Source: Candidatus Kaiserbacteria bacterium RIFCSPHIGHO2_02_FULL_49_34
Lineage (GTDB): Bacteria > Patescibacteriota > Minisyncoccia > Phycocordibacterales > UBA918
DNA length: 64,000 bases
Assembly (NCBI GenBank): GCA_001781205.1
Contig: MFLE01000014.1
Span: 26,107-90,106 of the forward strand
Direction: 5' to 3'
The position numbers and the translations under genes were made by a program. Below are positions 49,426-59,357 of this stretch, piece by piece; the stretch's first letter is position 1; every line of letters starts with the position of its first letter. The notes below the pieces were generated by a model. That model was given only the letters and a program-made list of their open reading frames with translations. It was not told the DNA's origin and made no database searches.

Positions 49426-50583
49426 ATGCCTATGACAAAAGCACAAGTTGTAAATCTTACGGGGCACGTGAATGCCGTCGCGCAGCACTTCGATTTCTTG
49501 CCGATTGCGGAGCACTGCGCTCGCGCTGCAGCCTTCCCCTCGCAAAAAGCACGTGCACCAAAACGCCCCACCGACCTTCCTGAGCACCCGCGATATCGCA
49601 CACTCGTCAAAGGCATTCACGACCTGTACACGCACGAGCTCAACGGCCGTCGTGGCAACCACCTCTTTTACACCTTCGATGACGCAGGCCGAGACGGCGT
49701 TACCATCACCTTCCATGCCATCGACACGACACACACGTTTGCCGACCCGCTTCTTATCCAAGTCGCCCGGTCACTCCTCTCGCAACTTGGCTATGAGCAC
49801 CGTATTCGTATCAATATGATTGGTGACAGCGAGGCAAAGCGACGTTTTATAAAAGAGCTCGCTGATTACTTTAAACGTAGTGGCTCACAAATCCCTGAAT
49901 CCATCAGAAGTATCAGCACGAAGGATGTGCTCACGGCATACCGCGCACTTCTCGCGACAAACGATGATGCAGCATACACAAGCCCCGTCTCAATCAATCA
50001 CCTTAATGAGAAAAGTCGTCGTTCGCTTCGAGAAACGCTTGATTATCTTGATTTGAGCGAGACACCATACGAGATTGACCCGCGCCTCACCGGAGATTAC
50101 GACTACCACTCAGGCTTCCTCTTCACCGTCGACGTAGCACCAACAAGGGAAACGATTACGTCCCCTTGCTCAGTCATCGGCGGCAGCTACGACGACTACG
50201 CACACAAACATCATGATGATCGCCACTCCTGTGCAAGTGTCACGTTTCGATTTACCAACCATACCGAAAAGCCACTTCCTCAAAAGAGCACGAACGGAAC
50301 TACCGTTGCCCTCGCAGCAATCGGTGCCACCCCAAAACTCTACAGTTACGGCATTCTCGACACCCTCCTTGCAGCAGGCATATCAGCGCACCACAACCCC
50401 ATCTCCCTGTCACTGAGCGATCAGCTGCGTCATGCACAGAAGAACAATGTCGACATTATCCTCATCGCCGGCACCCATGAAGCAAATCGAAAAGAAGTCA
50501 TCATACGTGACGTTCGCAAAGAAAAGCAAACAACCATTCCACTTGAAAAGCTCATAAAAGCGCTAAATAGCTGTACCTCATAA
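49426..50583 (+). CDS. Degenerate histidyl-tRNA synthetase paralog retaining the anticodon-binding domain
   Basis: YEIDPRLTGDYDY, GGSYD, C-terminal SLSDQLRHA..IAGTHE..VIIRD; class II motifs 2 and 3 not recognisable. Confidence 0.7.
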   Translation: MPMTKAQVVNLTGHVNAVAQHFDFLPIAEHCARAAAFPSQKARAPKRPTDLPEHPRYRTLVKGIHDLYTHELNGRRGNHLFYTFDDAGRDGVTITFHAIDTTHTFADPLLIQVARSLLSQLGYEHRIRINMIGDSEAKRRFIKELADYFKRSGSQIPESIRSISTKDVLTAYRALLATNDDAAYTSPVSINHLNEKSRRSLRETLDYLDLSETPYEIDPRLTGDYDYHSGFLFTVDVAPTRETITSPCSVIGGSYDDYAHKHHDDRHSCASVTFRFTNHTEKPLPQKSTNGTTVALAAIGATPKLYSYGILDTLLAAGISAHHNPISLSLSDQLRHAQKNNVDIILIAGTHEANRKEVIIRDVRKEKQTTIPLEKLIKALNSCTS

Positions 50584-50681
50584 TGTTCTCCAAAACGCCC
50601 ACGGGCGTTTTATTATGCCACTAGTTTGGGGCGGGCATAGGTATTGCTTTTTGACGTCTGGTCTGGTAGAGTACGCGCACT

Positions 50682-50924
50682 ATGGCAGTCAATATTCAAG
50701 TTGAAAAACATTCAGGCGAAAGCACCGCAAACATTTTGCGTCGTTTTAGCAAGCGCGCAAAGCAGTCTGGCATTGTTCAGCGCATGCGTGGCATCCGCTA
50801 CTATGTTCGCGAGAAGTCAGAGAACGTGAACCGTTTCTCAAAGCTTCGCAAAATCGCACGCACCGAGCAGTTCGAAAAGGACTACAAGCTCGGCAAGGTA
50901 GACAAAGGCTTCGTAAAGAAGTAG
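50682..50924 (+). CDS. rpsU: Ribosomal protein bS21-like
   Basis: IQVEKHSGES..ILRRFSKR..SGIV..RYYVREKS; small and basic. Confidence 0.7.
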   Translation: MAVNIQVEKHSGESTANILRRFSKRAKQSGIVQRMRGIRYYVREKSENVNRFSKLRKIARTEQFEKDYKLGKVDKGFVKK

Positions 50925-50977
50925 GGATTCAATCAAAATTGAGTGAATCTTAAAAATCACCTTGCGGTGATTTTTTG

Positions 50978-51403
50978 CTATTGTATTGCGCCTGATGCTG
51001 TTATGTTTATCGAGGTGCTCGCTTGCGATGATGAGAGTGTAATGGTTACCGGATTGCTCGCTCCACTGATTGACTGGAACATAATTATCCCTGGAGTTGC
51101 AGCAATGCCTGTTGGCAACTGTTCGCTGGCTATTGTTGTGGTTGCGCCGTCTATAACCTTAAGCGATGTGTATGCGGTCGGGGTGATTTCAAGCCCAAAT
51201 ACTGCGCGGTCTTCACCAGAACGTGCACGTGAACGCACTGTTGCAAGCTCTGTGCGAATCTGCTGCGCAACAAGCTGTATATCCCCTTCGCTACCGCTTC
51301 GCGGTAGCATAACAAATACCGTACTTGCAAGAAGCCCAAGGAGTGCAATCACCAAGAGCATTTCAAGGAGGGAGAACCCACGATTTTTTGAATAAGTTTT
51401 CAT
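50978..51403 (-). CDS. Minor pilin / pseudopilin
   Basis: RG-FSLLEMLLVIALL. Confidence 0.85.
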   Translation of the reverse strand: MKTYSKNRGFSLLEMLLVIALLGLLASTVFVMLPRSGSEGDIQLVAQQIRTELATVRSRARSGEDRAVFGLEITPTAYTSLKVIDGATTTIASEQLPTGIAATPGIIMFQSISGASNPVTITLSSSQASTSINITASGAIQ

Positions 51404-51405
51404 AC

Positions 51406-52632
51406 CTAACGAACGGCACCCACAAGCTGATAAATCGGCAAGAGTACCGCAAGCGCAATCGCACCTACCACGAGTCCGAGAATAACAAGCATGATTGGCT
51501 CAATCAGTGAGGTAAGTCGCTTAAGACGCTCGTCAATGTCTCGTTCGTAGAAGTCAGCGACGGACTTGAGTGTATCGGCAAGCTTACCCGTGCGTTCACC
51601 AATCGCGAGAAGTCCAATAAAGAGCTTCGGGAAATACTGCGACTCTGCACTAAATGCGGTTGCAATTGGCTGCCCCGCCATCACTGCGTCTTTGATACGG
51701 AGGAGTGCTGCATTATATACTGCATTGCCACCTGCACGCCCGGCGAGCGTAAGTGCATCGAGGATACTCACACCACTTGGCAACAGCGTGGCGAGTGTAC
51801 GGGTAATACGTACGGTGATGGTTTTGCGAACAATATCCTTCGTGAGCGGCGCACGGACAGCGACCGTGTCGAATACATGACGCCCTCGGTCTGTTTTTAA
51901 AGCCCAGACAATCGTCGCAATGAGTGCAACGAGCACCACAGCATCGAGTGTGTAGCTGTACGTGAGTGTGTCAGAAATGCTTACCAGAAGACGTGTAATG
52001 AAGGGGAGCTCAACTTGCGCATCGGTGAAAATCCTTGAGAGACGCGGCACCATAAACACAATAACCAGGAGTGATACAAGAATCGAACCTGTCACCACCA
52101 CGAGCGGATACATGAGCGCCGAGCGCACTTTGCCGCGAAATTCATGCGAACGCTCGACATAATCAGCAAAGAGCATGAGTGTTTGATCAAGCTGTCCAGA
52201 ACGTTCACCTGCCTCGAGCATACCGAGAAACATCGGTGGGAAATGCTTTTCATACGGACGAAACGCTGCGGTGAACGAGCTGCCGCCACGAATAGAGGTA
52301 AGCACCGCACGGAGCATATCTTGCGTGATGTGCTTTTCGGTATCTTCGATAATAAGCGCAAGCGCTTCCGTTGCTGGCACACCCATACGAAGTGAGGTGG
52401 CAAGGTTTCGTGCAAAAAAGAGAACATCTTCAAGCTCAATGCGTTCAAAAAGGCGAATATCGGAAAGTCCGCGCGCATGTGCATCCTCTTCGATATTCAT
52501 CGGCTTAAGCCCTTTGCTCAAAATATGGTCAAGCACTTCCCCACGCCCCTTTGCAGAAAACACCCCTTTCACCAAAACACCCGCAGCATCATAGGCGGTG
52601 TAGTTATAGATGGTGAGTTGTTTCTTTTTCAT
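51406..52632 (-). CDS. pilC: Type IV pilus/T2SS platform protein
   Basis: GERSGQLD, VRSALMYP, GERTGKL, LIEPIMLV. Confidence 0.92.
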   Translation of the reverse strand: MKKKQLTIYNYTAYDAAGVLVKGVFSAKGRGEVLDHILSKGLKPMNIEEDAHARGLSDIRLFERIELEDVLFFARNLATSLRMGVPATEALALIIEDTEKHITQDMLRAVLTSIRGGSSFTAAFRPYEKHFPPMFLGMLEAGERSGQLDQTLMLFADYVERSHEFRGKVRSALMYPLVVVTGSILVSLLVIVFMVPRLSRIFTDAQVELPFITRLLVSISDTLTYSYTLDAVVLVALIATIVWALKTDRGRHVFDTVAVRAPLTKDIVRKTITVRITRTLATLLPSGVSILDALTLAGRAGGNAVYNAALLRIKDAVMAGQPIATAFSAESQYFPKLFIGLLAIGERTGKLADTLKSVADFYERDIDERLKRLTSLIEPIMLVILGLVVGAIALAVLLPIYQLVGAVR

Positions 52633-52667
52633 AGTTGTGTTTTAGGAACACGTAATCTAAACCGAGT

Positions 52668-52793
52668 GTAATTCTTTCAAAATTGAGTGCAGTTGTGCTG
52701 ACTGGAGGGAGCGAGTGACTGAGCCGTACCTAAGTACGGTGAAGAAATGAGTGACTGAAGTCAGTACAAATGTGCCAATTTTGGAAGAATTAC
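52668..52793. repeat. Structured palindromic element family B, copy 2
   Basis: GTAATTCTTTCAAAATTG/CAATTTTGGAAGAATTAC outer stem; GAGCCGTAC-CTAA-GTACGGTGAA apex; overlaps the pilB stop. Confidence 0.85.
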
Positions 52794-54460
52794 TCTTGGA
52801 CTACACGTAGGACTTCCTCAATCGTCGTAACCCCCCTCTCGACTTTCTGCAATCCATCTTCAAACATTGTTGTCATACCGCCTTTAATTGCTTGTTTACG
52901 AATGACTGCAGCACCTGTTTGTTTCTGGGCAAGTTCGCGGAGCTCGTCATTCATTGCCATAATTTCAAAGACCGCAACCTGTCCAAGGAACCCACTGCCG
53001 CCACAGACAGAACATCCTTTGCCGCGATATAGAGTTTCGGGAACCGTTTTAATATGGGTATCTCCAAGCGCCTTTTTCTGTGCGGTTATCGCGCGTTTAA
53101 TTTCGGGAGAGATTTTATACGAATAAATACAGGTTGGGCAAATTTTACGTACCAGTCGTTGCGCGACAACCGCATTTATCGTCGACGCAAGCAGGAATGG
53201 CTCGACACCCATATCAACAAGTCGAGGCAGTGCTGACGGCGCGTCGTTGGTGTGGAGTGACGAGAGCACGAGATGTCCGGTAAGCGCAGCATGCACGGCA
53301 ATATCAGCAGTCTCTTCGTCGCGGATTTCTCCCACCATGATAATGTCAGGGTTTTGACGCAAGAGTGAACGGAGTCCGTTAGCAAAGGTAATGCCAGCGC
53401 GCGCGTTGACCTGTGTTTGGTTCACGTGGGGAAATTCATACTCGATAGGATCTTCGATGGTGGTAATATTTACCTTTGGAGAATTAAGTTTATGCAAGAT
53501 AGCATAGAGGGTAGTGGTTTTACCGTGCCCCGTTGGTCCGGTGACCAAAATCATGCCGTGTGGTTTATGTACTTCTGCCTCAAGAAGTGCTTCTTGCACG
53601 GGTGCGAGACCAATGTCGCGGAACGTGATAGGGCGCGATGTTGATCGAAGCAAGCGCATTTCTGCCTTTTCACCATGAAGCACCGGCATAATGTTCACGC
53701 GAATATCAATAGTGCCTGCGGCGTCAGCATTTGCACGGAAACGTCCATCTTGCGGCGCATTATGTTCATCAACTTGGAGGTTGGCGATAACTTTGATACG
53801 TGCAACCAGTGGTGCAGAAAATGATTTCGGAAACGAGGCGATTTCTTGCATAATACCGTCGATACGGGCACGTACTACAAGCATGTTTTCGAGAGGCTCG
53901 ACATGAAGGTCGCTCGCACCAAGTGTAATAGCGTGCTCGAGCAACGCATCGAGTGTTTCAATAATTGACGCACTTTCGCCATCTTGCGCCTCGACTGCAG
54001 CACGATGTGCGTCGAACACAACTCCCTGTGCCGCGCGGTATTTTTTGAGCGCATACGCCACGGATGACATCGTCACCACGGCCGCATTTACCCACTTCCC
54101 TGTCATTGCGCGAACTTCGGCAATGGTATCCGCATCACCCGGGTCAACCATACCGAGCGTCACGGTCGTGTCGTCTTCGGCAGTAATGAATACTCTGTGC
54201 GTTTTAATAAAAGCTTGGGGCAAACGCATGAGCGCGTCGTCCTCTGTCTCGCTTCGCTTTGCATCAAAAATTGGCACTTCGTAGTATGTGGCAAGCACTT
54301 CAGCAAGGTGTGCTTCTGAAATTTTACCCAATGAAATAAGAGTATCAAACGGCGACTTCCCTTGCTTTTTCGCTTCATCACGAGCGAGAGAAAGATCATC
54401 CTTCGTAACAAGTCCCGATGCAATAAAAAGAGAGTCGAATGTTTCTTGAGAAAGGTGCAT
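52790..54460 (-). CDS. pilB: Type IV pilus assembly ATPase with intact motifs
   Basis: GPTGHGKTT, TIEDPIEY, NPDIIMVGEIRD, TGHLVLSSLHTND, CPTC/CSVC. Confidence 0.93.
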   Translation of the reverse strand: MHLSQETFDSLFIASGLVTKDDLSLARDEAKKQGKSPFDTLISLGKISEAHLAEVLATYYEVPIFDAKRSETEDDALMRLPQAFIKTHRVFITAEDDTTVTLGMVDPGDADTIAEVRAMTGKWVNAAVVTMSSVAYALKKYRAAQGVVFDAHRAAVEAQDGESASIIETLDALLEHAITLGASDLHVEPLENMLVVRARIDGIMQEIASFPKSFSAPLVARIKVIANLQVDEHNAPQDGRFRANADAAGTIDIRVNIMPVLHGEKAEMRLLRSTSRPITFRDIGLAPVQEALLEAEVHKPHGMILVTGPTGHGKTTTLYAILHKLNSPKVNITTIEDPIEYEFPHVNQTQVNARAGITFANGLRSLLRQNPDIIMVGEIRDEETADIAVHAALTGHLVLSSLHTNDAPSALPRLVDMGVEPFLLASTINAVVAQRLVRKICPTCIYSYKISPEIKRAITAQKKALGDTHIKTVPETLYRGKGCSVCGGSGFLGQVAVFEIMAMNDELRELAQKQTGAAVIRKQAIKGGMTTMFEDGLQKVERGVTTIEEVLRVVQE

Positions 54461-54562
54461 ATGCCAACAGTATACGTCATTTTCAAAAAAACTATCTGTG
54501 GACTTCCCTCCCCGTTCGGGAAAATTTTGCAAAGTAAAAAGGCCATCCGTGGCCCTTTGTCG

Positions 54563-55006
54563 TCATGACGAAAATCTTTCTGCTACCGACAGGGGCGTCC
54601 CATCTGCACTCATAATAATAAGAAGGTGATTCTCTCCCCATTGATAATGTATAGCCCATCTACCAAGAGATTTTCCGCGACAGACCTTCCATCGATTGTA
54701 TTCCATTCCAGTCAGTTCAAGACGGAAGTAGGTAAAAGGGGCTTTATCGCTGGTTTTGCCTATTGCAAAAATGTTCGACTCATCGCTGTCTGACTCACGA
54801 AGCTTTGTCTCCACCTCCACATACGCCAGGTTCGCATGAACTTTTGTTTCGTGTAGTAAGTGCGCGGGCGACTCCGCAATACTTTCAAAATCAATCTCCT
54901 CATCTCCCACAAGAACCAAACGAATCATTGGTATGTCTACCGAGATATCCCCGAAGAGCACGGGGACAATTCTAACGCCAGCAGTGAAAGCAACTTGATG
55001 CGTCAT
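54563..55006 (-). CDS. Hypothetical protein (ORFan)
   Basis: GGAGG SD; TTGACA-18-TACTCT at 55047-55076. Confidence 0.6.
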   Translation of the reverse strand: MTHQVAFTAGVRIVPVLFGDISVDIPMIRLVLVGDEEIDFESIAESPAHLLHETKVHANLAYVEVETKLRESDSDESNIFAIGKTSDKAPFTYFRLELTGMEYNRWKVCRGKSLGRWAIHYQWGENHLLIIMSADGTPLSVAERFSS

Positions 55007-55120
55007 GGTGCAGCCTCCAAGAACAAAGGAACATGCATTCCTTCCCAGAGTAACAATATATTGCTTATATTGTCAAGAGTAGTGCAGTCCAACAGTATCT
55101 ATCTTTTAAATGAGTGAGCG

Positions 55121-55783
55121 TTACACAGCAAGCGTTGCAGTATATGCAGCGATAGTTGCGCTGAAGAGAAGGGTTGCGATTGCGGCAGCGATAATGCCAG
55201 GAAGCATACGTGTCCGGGCTGCTGCGCCATGCCGAACATGCGCCCAAACTGCATACACAAGCGAAAGCACGAATGCAAGCGAAACAAAGGCAACCATATT
55301 GGGCCATCCAGCAAGAAAGGCAATACCGCTCACGAGGAGCACTTCTTCGCGTCCAACCGCAACAGGCTTCCGATGTTGCAAAAAACGAAAGATACCATAC
55401 AGTACAAGCGTACCAAGAAGCGCAAGCATGAGCGGCACCCAAAAGCGGCTATACGCATAGAAAACATAATACCCACCACTTCCTTCGAGAAAAAGGGAAA
55501 TCGGTGCATGGAGCAGCATCCGCGGCACCTCTTCACCCAGCGGCGTTGTCACGAGTTCACGAGTAATTTCGTTCGCGTTCCACATACGATACTGTGCCAC
55601 CGTAAGCACGGTTGCGTAAAAGATATGCCATCCAAGAGCAATACCCCACCACATCCGCATCGACATCACCGCAAACGCGCCGCGCCACAAAACAACCAGC
55701 GCCAAAAGTGCCGCAAGTGCGAGGGTAACGCCATACCCCAGCCAATGTGCCCACCCCATGAGCGCAACCGTAAGAGAATCCAT
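55121..55783 (-). CDS. Polytopic membrane protein resembling a degenerate prepilin peptidase (A24)
   Basis: VGREEVLL..FLAGWP and RMLPGI align by eye with GxGDxKL..LGW and PFxP; located near pilB/pilC. Confidence 0.5.
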   Translation of the reverse strand: MDSLTVALMGWAHWLGYGVTLALAALLALVVLWRGAFAVMSMRMWWGIALGWHIFYATVLTVAQYRMWNANEITRELVTTPLGEEVPRMLLHAPISLFLEGSGGYYVFYAYSRFWVPLMLALLGTLVLYGIFRFLQHRKPVAVGREEVLLVSGIAFLAGWPNMVAFVSLAFVLSLVYAVWAHVRHGAAARTRMLPGIIAAAIATLLFSATIAAYTATLAV

Positions 55784-55853
55784 ACTCACCATCATACTGA
55801 AAAAGTGCGAAAGTACAAAAAACCCACAGCGTACTGTGGGTTGCATATATGAA

Positions 55854-56120
55854 CTAGCGTGCCTTGGGACGACAGACAAACGGTGTATTGTTTGCCGTTT
55901 TTCCTGAAACGCTGCCGTCGCTATTTTTAGTTACGGCGTAATCGCCGCCTTTTCTGAAGGATTTCAGATGCACGTACGCACGAGAACCGCCATTATAGCG
56001 AGCAGTTTTAAGACCTTTCGCTTCACAGACCCACTGCTGGTCAATGTTTTCCGCCATTGCTGGGGCAGTCGTCAGAAATGCAAGCATGACCACCAGTAGA
56101 GTGAGCCTATTCGACTTCAT
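55854..56120 (-). CDS. Small secreted protein with two Cys
   Basis: Signal peptide ending AMA-E; GAGGT SD. Confidence 0.7.
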   Translation of the reverse strand: MKSNRLTLLVVMLAFLTTAPAMAENIDQQWVCEAKGLKTARYNGGSRAYVHLKSFRKGGDYAVTKNSDGSVSGKTANNTPFVCRPKAR

Positions 56121-56294
56121 GGGATGTTACCTCGCGAGAATGTAAGGAACGTATCCAGAAAAACATACCACATATTACGAGAATGGCAATACCTCTCTCT
56201 CGAATGACAAAACATTGACATTCTTGTCCAACACGGTACTGTTACACGAACACTGTTCCCTTTCGTTCCTTGACTATACAAAGGAGTACTTGCC

Positions 56295-57011
56295 ATGAGA
56301 TTCTTCTCGAAACCTGGCGATTCACGTTATGCGTTAATTCTTCGCGCGCTGATCGTATGCACGACCTTCGTGTGCCTCATCACTCTTGCGTGGCGGTCAA
56401 CCCCCATTGTCAACGTGATCTACGCCGCAGACCGATACTACATCGCCTACGGCATTACGCTGTATTTTGCGATATTACTCGTTCGAACACTCCGCTACAT
56501 TATGTTCGTCGGAGGTGAACTCGAGCTTGTGAAAAAACACCTCGCCTATAAAGAACACAGCACCGCACAAGGCATACATGCCCCTGCACCCGCAGACTCG
56601 CTTGTACGTGAAGTGTACGATGCACTCAAGCGCCACGGCGGCAATCACAACCACGACGAGATTTTGGATATTGTATATGACACGCTCGACCGCAAGGTCG
56701 CGCACGTCGCACAACATGCAAAAACGCTGATACACCTTGGGTTTATCGGCACACTCGTCGGCATCATGATGGCACTCACCGAAGCGGATCTTACGTCGCT
56801 TTTCCAGCCAAACGCAAATGTTGGCGCGATACTCGACGCGGTTATCGGTGGCATGAAAGTAGCCATCGGCACCTCAATCGTCGGCATTGTTGCAAAAATC
56901 TGGATTGACCACCTCGGAATTATTCTTGAGGAAGGCAGCCATCATCTCGCCAACAATATTGTTAAAATGGAGCTCCTCGATGAAACGCAATCGGAATTCC
57001 CACTTTCGTAA
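56295..57011 (+). CDS. MotA/TolQ/ExbB proton-channel family protein
   Basis: LGFIGTLVGIMMAL and GMKVAIGTSIVGIV TM motifs; AAGGAG SD; TTGACA-16-TACTGT promoter. Confidence 0.85.
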   Translation: MRFFSKPGDSRYALILRALIVCTTFVCLITLAWRSTPIVNVIYAADRYYIAYGITLYFAILLVRTLRYIMFVGGELELVKKHLAYKEHSTAQGIHAPAPADSLVREVYDALKRHGGNHNHDEILDIVYDTLDRKVAHVAQHAKTLIHLGFIGTLVGIMMALTEADLTSLFQPNANVGAILDAVIGGMKVAIGTSIVGIVAKIWIDHLGIILEEGSHHLANNIVKMELLDETQSEFPLS

Positions 57012-57603
57012 CGACGACGCCTTGGGTGTTGCCCTCGGCGACCTCACCATGAACCCGCTCATGATTTTCTTCTTTCTCTTTGTGCTCATGGCCGCACTCT
57101 TGGTCCCGCGCGCAAAGCTGAACGACGATACTGAGCCACCACCACAGCTTGGGAAGCTCCACGTCGAAATCGAATGGCCTCCAGGCAATACCGATATCGA
57201 TCTGTGGATTCTTCCGCCGGGCGCAGCAAAACCTGTCGGTTTTTCAAATCGTGGCGGGCCTGCCTGCGACCTTTTACGTGATGATCTCGGCACGGCCAAT
57301 GACCCCATGCCGAGCAATCGCGAAAGCATTATGTGTCGAGCAGCACCCGCTGGTGAGTACACCATAACTGCGTACTATTACGCGAGCTCTATATTGGAGG
57401 GACCTGTTCCTATTTCCGTAATCGCCATTATCTCTCTCTGGAACGATAGATTGAACCGCTACGAACGTGTACATACTACAACCGTCGAGCTCGCAAAGCC
57501 GAAGGAGTATGCAACCATTGCATCATTCCTGATGCAAGATGACGGCACAATCGATACCGGCTCGTTTAATACCATTGAACGCAACATCTTCGAAAAGAGG
57601 TAG
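56980..57603 (+). CDS. ExbD/MotB-like single-TM partner with YfaP/DUF2135-like extracellular domain
   Basis: TM-adjacent Asp (LGDLTMNPLMIFF); VEIEWP..DIDLW..LLRDDLG..NRE..GEYTI. Confidence 0.7.
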   Translation: MKRNRNSHFRNDDALGVALGDLTMNPLMIFFFLFVLMAALLVPRAKLNDDTEPPPQLGKLHVEIEWPPGNTDIDLWILPPGAAKPVGFSNRGGPACDLLRDDLGTANDPMPSNRESIMCRAAPAGEYTITAYYYASSILEGPVPISVIAIISLWNDRLNRYERVHTTTVELAKPKEYATIASFLMQDDGTIDTGSFNTIERNIFEKR

Positions 57604-57606
57604 CCT

Positions 57607-58170
57607 ATGAACTGGCTCGATATGTTGATGTGGGAGAATGTACTGACCATGCCGTTTACCGGTATGCGACTGACACTCTTCCTGGTGATACTGGCAATAC
57701 TCTTGCTGATGTGCACGAAAATTGCCATCTCTCGACTGCCGCTTTCGACGCGAACGCTCTTCTATATTGGCACGATTGCACTCATCCCGCTCGTGTTCGT
57801 TACAGAGCTCTCGCTCCTCTCGCGACCAGGAACCATTCAACCTTCCCGTTTGCGCGATGGATCACTGTGCCTCACTGTGCTTTCTGCAACCATTAAGTAC
57901 GGCAAAGGCGTCTACTTGCTCATTGAGGAGCCGAAACAGGAACCTCGCTACATACATGTCGTCTGGGAAGTACGCTTCGCACAAGCGATGAGTCGCGCAC
58001 TGCAAGCAAAAGGCATGAGTAAGCAGGCTATTCTACTTGGGGATGCAGCTTGTGCCGCACAGAGAGGAGCCAATGTTTCACACGGCGGCGCGAATGGTAG
58101 TAGCGAAGGTGTTCTGGTTGTTGATAACTTCCCTGCACCCTACCCCGACAAAGTTGATCTTGAAGAATAA
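57607..58170 (+). CDS. Two-TM hypothetical protein, third gene of the ExbB-like operon
   Basis: 3-nt gap after previous gene; LLSRP..GVYLL..EPRY. Confidence 0.7.
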   Translation: MNWLDMLMWENVLTMPFTGMRLTLFLVILAILLLMCTKIAISRLPLSTRTLFYIGTIALIPLVFVTELSLLSRPGTIQPSRLRDGSLCLTVLSATIKYGKGVYLLIEEPKQEPRYIHVVWEVRFAQAMSRALQAKGMSKQAILLGDAACAAQRGANVSHGGANGSSEGVLVVDNFPAPYPDKVDLEE

Positions 58171-58225
58171 GAAAAGCCCTTACCAATATTCGGTAAGGGC
58201 GATTTTTTTGCGCAGAGTGCATGCG

Positions 58226-59053
58226 CTATTCTATGAAAGAACGAATCTGTTTGGCTGACGCCGCACAGGTGATATTGAGGAACAAGGCTGCTGAATGCCC
58301 CTCGCCGAGTGTCCTTACGGTCGACGTAATACCGACAACCGCACCTGTCCCGACATCAAGTAGTGCCCCACCTGAATTGCCCGGTGCAACGGCAAGTGTG
58401 GCGCGAATCTTCCCACCTTTGCACACCTCATCATTATCGACAGCGTTCGACACAATCCCGAGAACTGCCATGTTTGCACTACCAAGCGGTATCCCGTTGA
58501 CAAGCACTTCACGACCTTCGAGCTTTGCATCAAACGATACATCTATCACAGGCACTAGGGTGAAGCGTTCGTCTTTCTCCTTTGGAATGATGCGTAAATG
58601 GGCAAGGTCGTCTTCTGCATCGAGCTTCAAGAGCTTCGCTCGGTACACCTGCGTGTGTCCAGTCATTACGACTGCGCAGTACACTTCTTCTATGGTGATT
58701 TGCTCCTCAGGCATACACATACCTCGCACCACATGCTCGGCAGTCAACATGTCACCCTCAGGCGAAATAACCACACCCGTACCAAAGCTTCTCCCATCAC
58801 GAAATGCGTCGGGAGTTGTCGGATCATCATAGAGCCGTTTGTCAGGTATATCTGCATAGACAAAGACCGTCGCCGCACGCAGCTCGCGCAAACGTTCAGC
58901 ACGCTCTTCATTGAGTTGTGCGAGAAGTGGTGTTGGCAGCACGTATGCCGTCATTGGTTTTTGTTGCACGATATAGGCGAGAGCAGCGATAAGCAGTGCG
59001 GTTATGCCAACACCGTACACAGCTGGCCATACCCATTTTTTGAGAGAGCTCAT
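58226..59053 (-). CDS. Membrane-anchored trypsin-like serine protease (no PDZ)
   Basis: Triad TAEHVV, DDLA, PGNSGG; AAGGGG SD; TTGACA-16-TAGTGT promoter. Confidence 0.88.
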   Translation of the reverse strand: MSSLKKWVWPAVYGVGITALLIAALAYIVQQKPMTAYVLPTPLLAQLNEERAERLRELRAATVFVYADIPDKRLYDDPTTPDAFRDGRSFGTGVVISPEGDMLTAEHVVRGMCMPEEQITIEEVYCAVVMTGHTQVYRAKLLKLDAEDDLAHLRIIPKEKDERFTLVPVIDVSFDAKLEGREVLVNGIPLGSANMAVLGIVSNAVDNDEVCKGGKIRATLAVAPGNSGGALLDVGTGAVVGITSTVRTLGEGHSAALFLNITCAASAKQIRSFIE

Positions 59054-59130
59054 GGTAAACCCCTTCTAATGAACAATGTTATCGATAACACTACTACGTC
59101 CGCCCTCATTGTCAACATGAAAATACGTTA

Positions 59131-59333
59131 GAAGCTGTCTAAAGTCACACGCCGAGCTAAAAGCTTCAGATTTTAAGGCAAATAACACGCTGGAGGAGGA
59201 GGCGAACCTTTGTTCGGTGACGACGAAGTGTGTTATTTGACCAAAATATGGAGGTTTTAGACGGCGAGTTTTCTCTTGTCTACTGATATCCTTATTTTAC
59301 AACACTACATACGGTGAGACTTTAGACAGTTTC
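59131..59333. repeat. Long palindromic element, distant member of family B
   Basis: GAAGCTGTCTAAAGTC/GACTTTAGACAGTTTC termini; AAATAACAC/GTGTTATTT stem; apex GAGGCGAAC..GTTCGGTGA. Confidence 0.7.
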
Positions 59334-59357
59334 TTATGCTGTGGTATACTCGTGCGC

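Noticed and set aside
56295-58170. Zorya defence system
   Set aside because: The A subunit lacks the long cytoplasmic tail, the B subunit lacks an OmpA-like domain, and no ZorC/D/E genes are adjacent.
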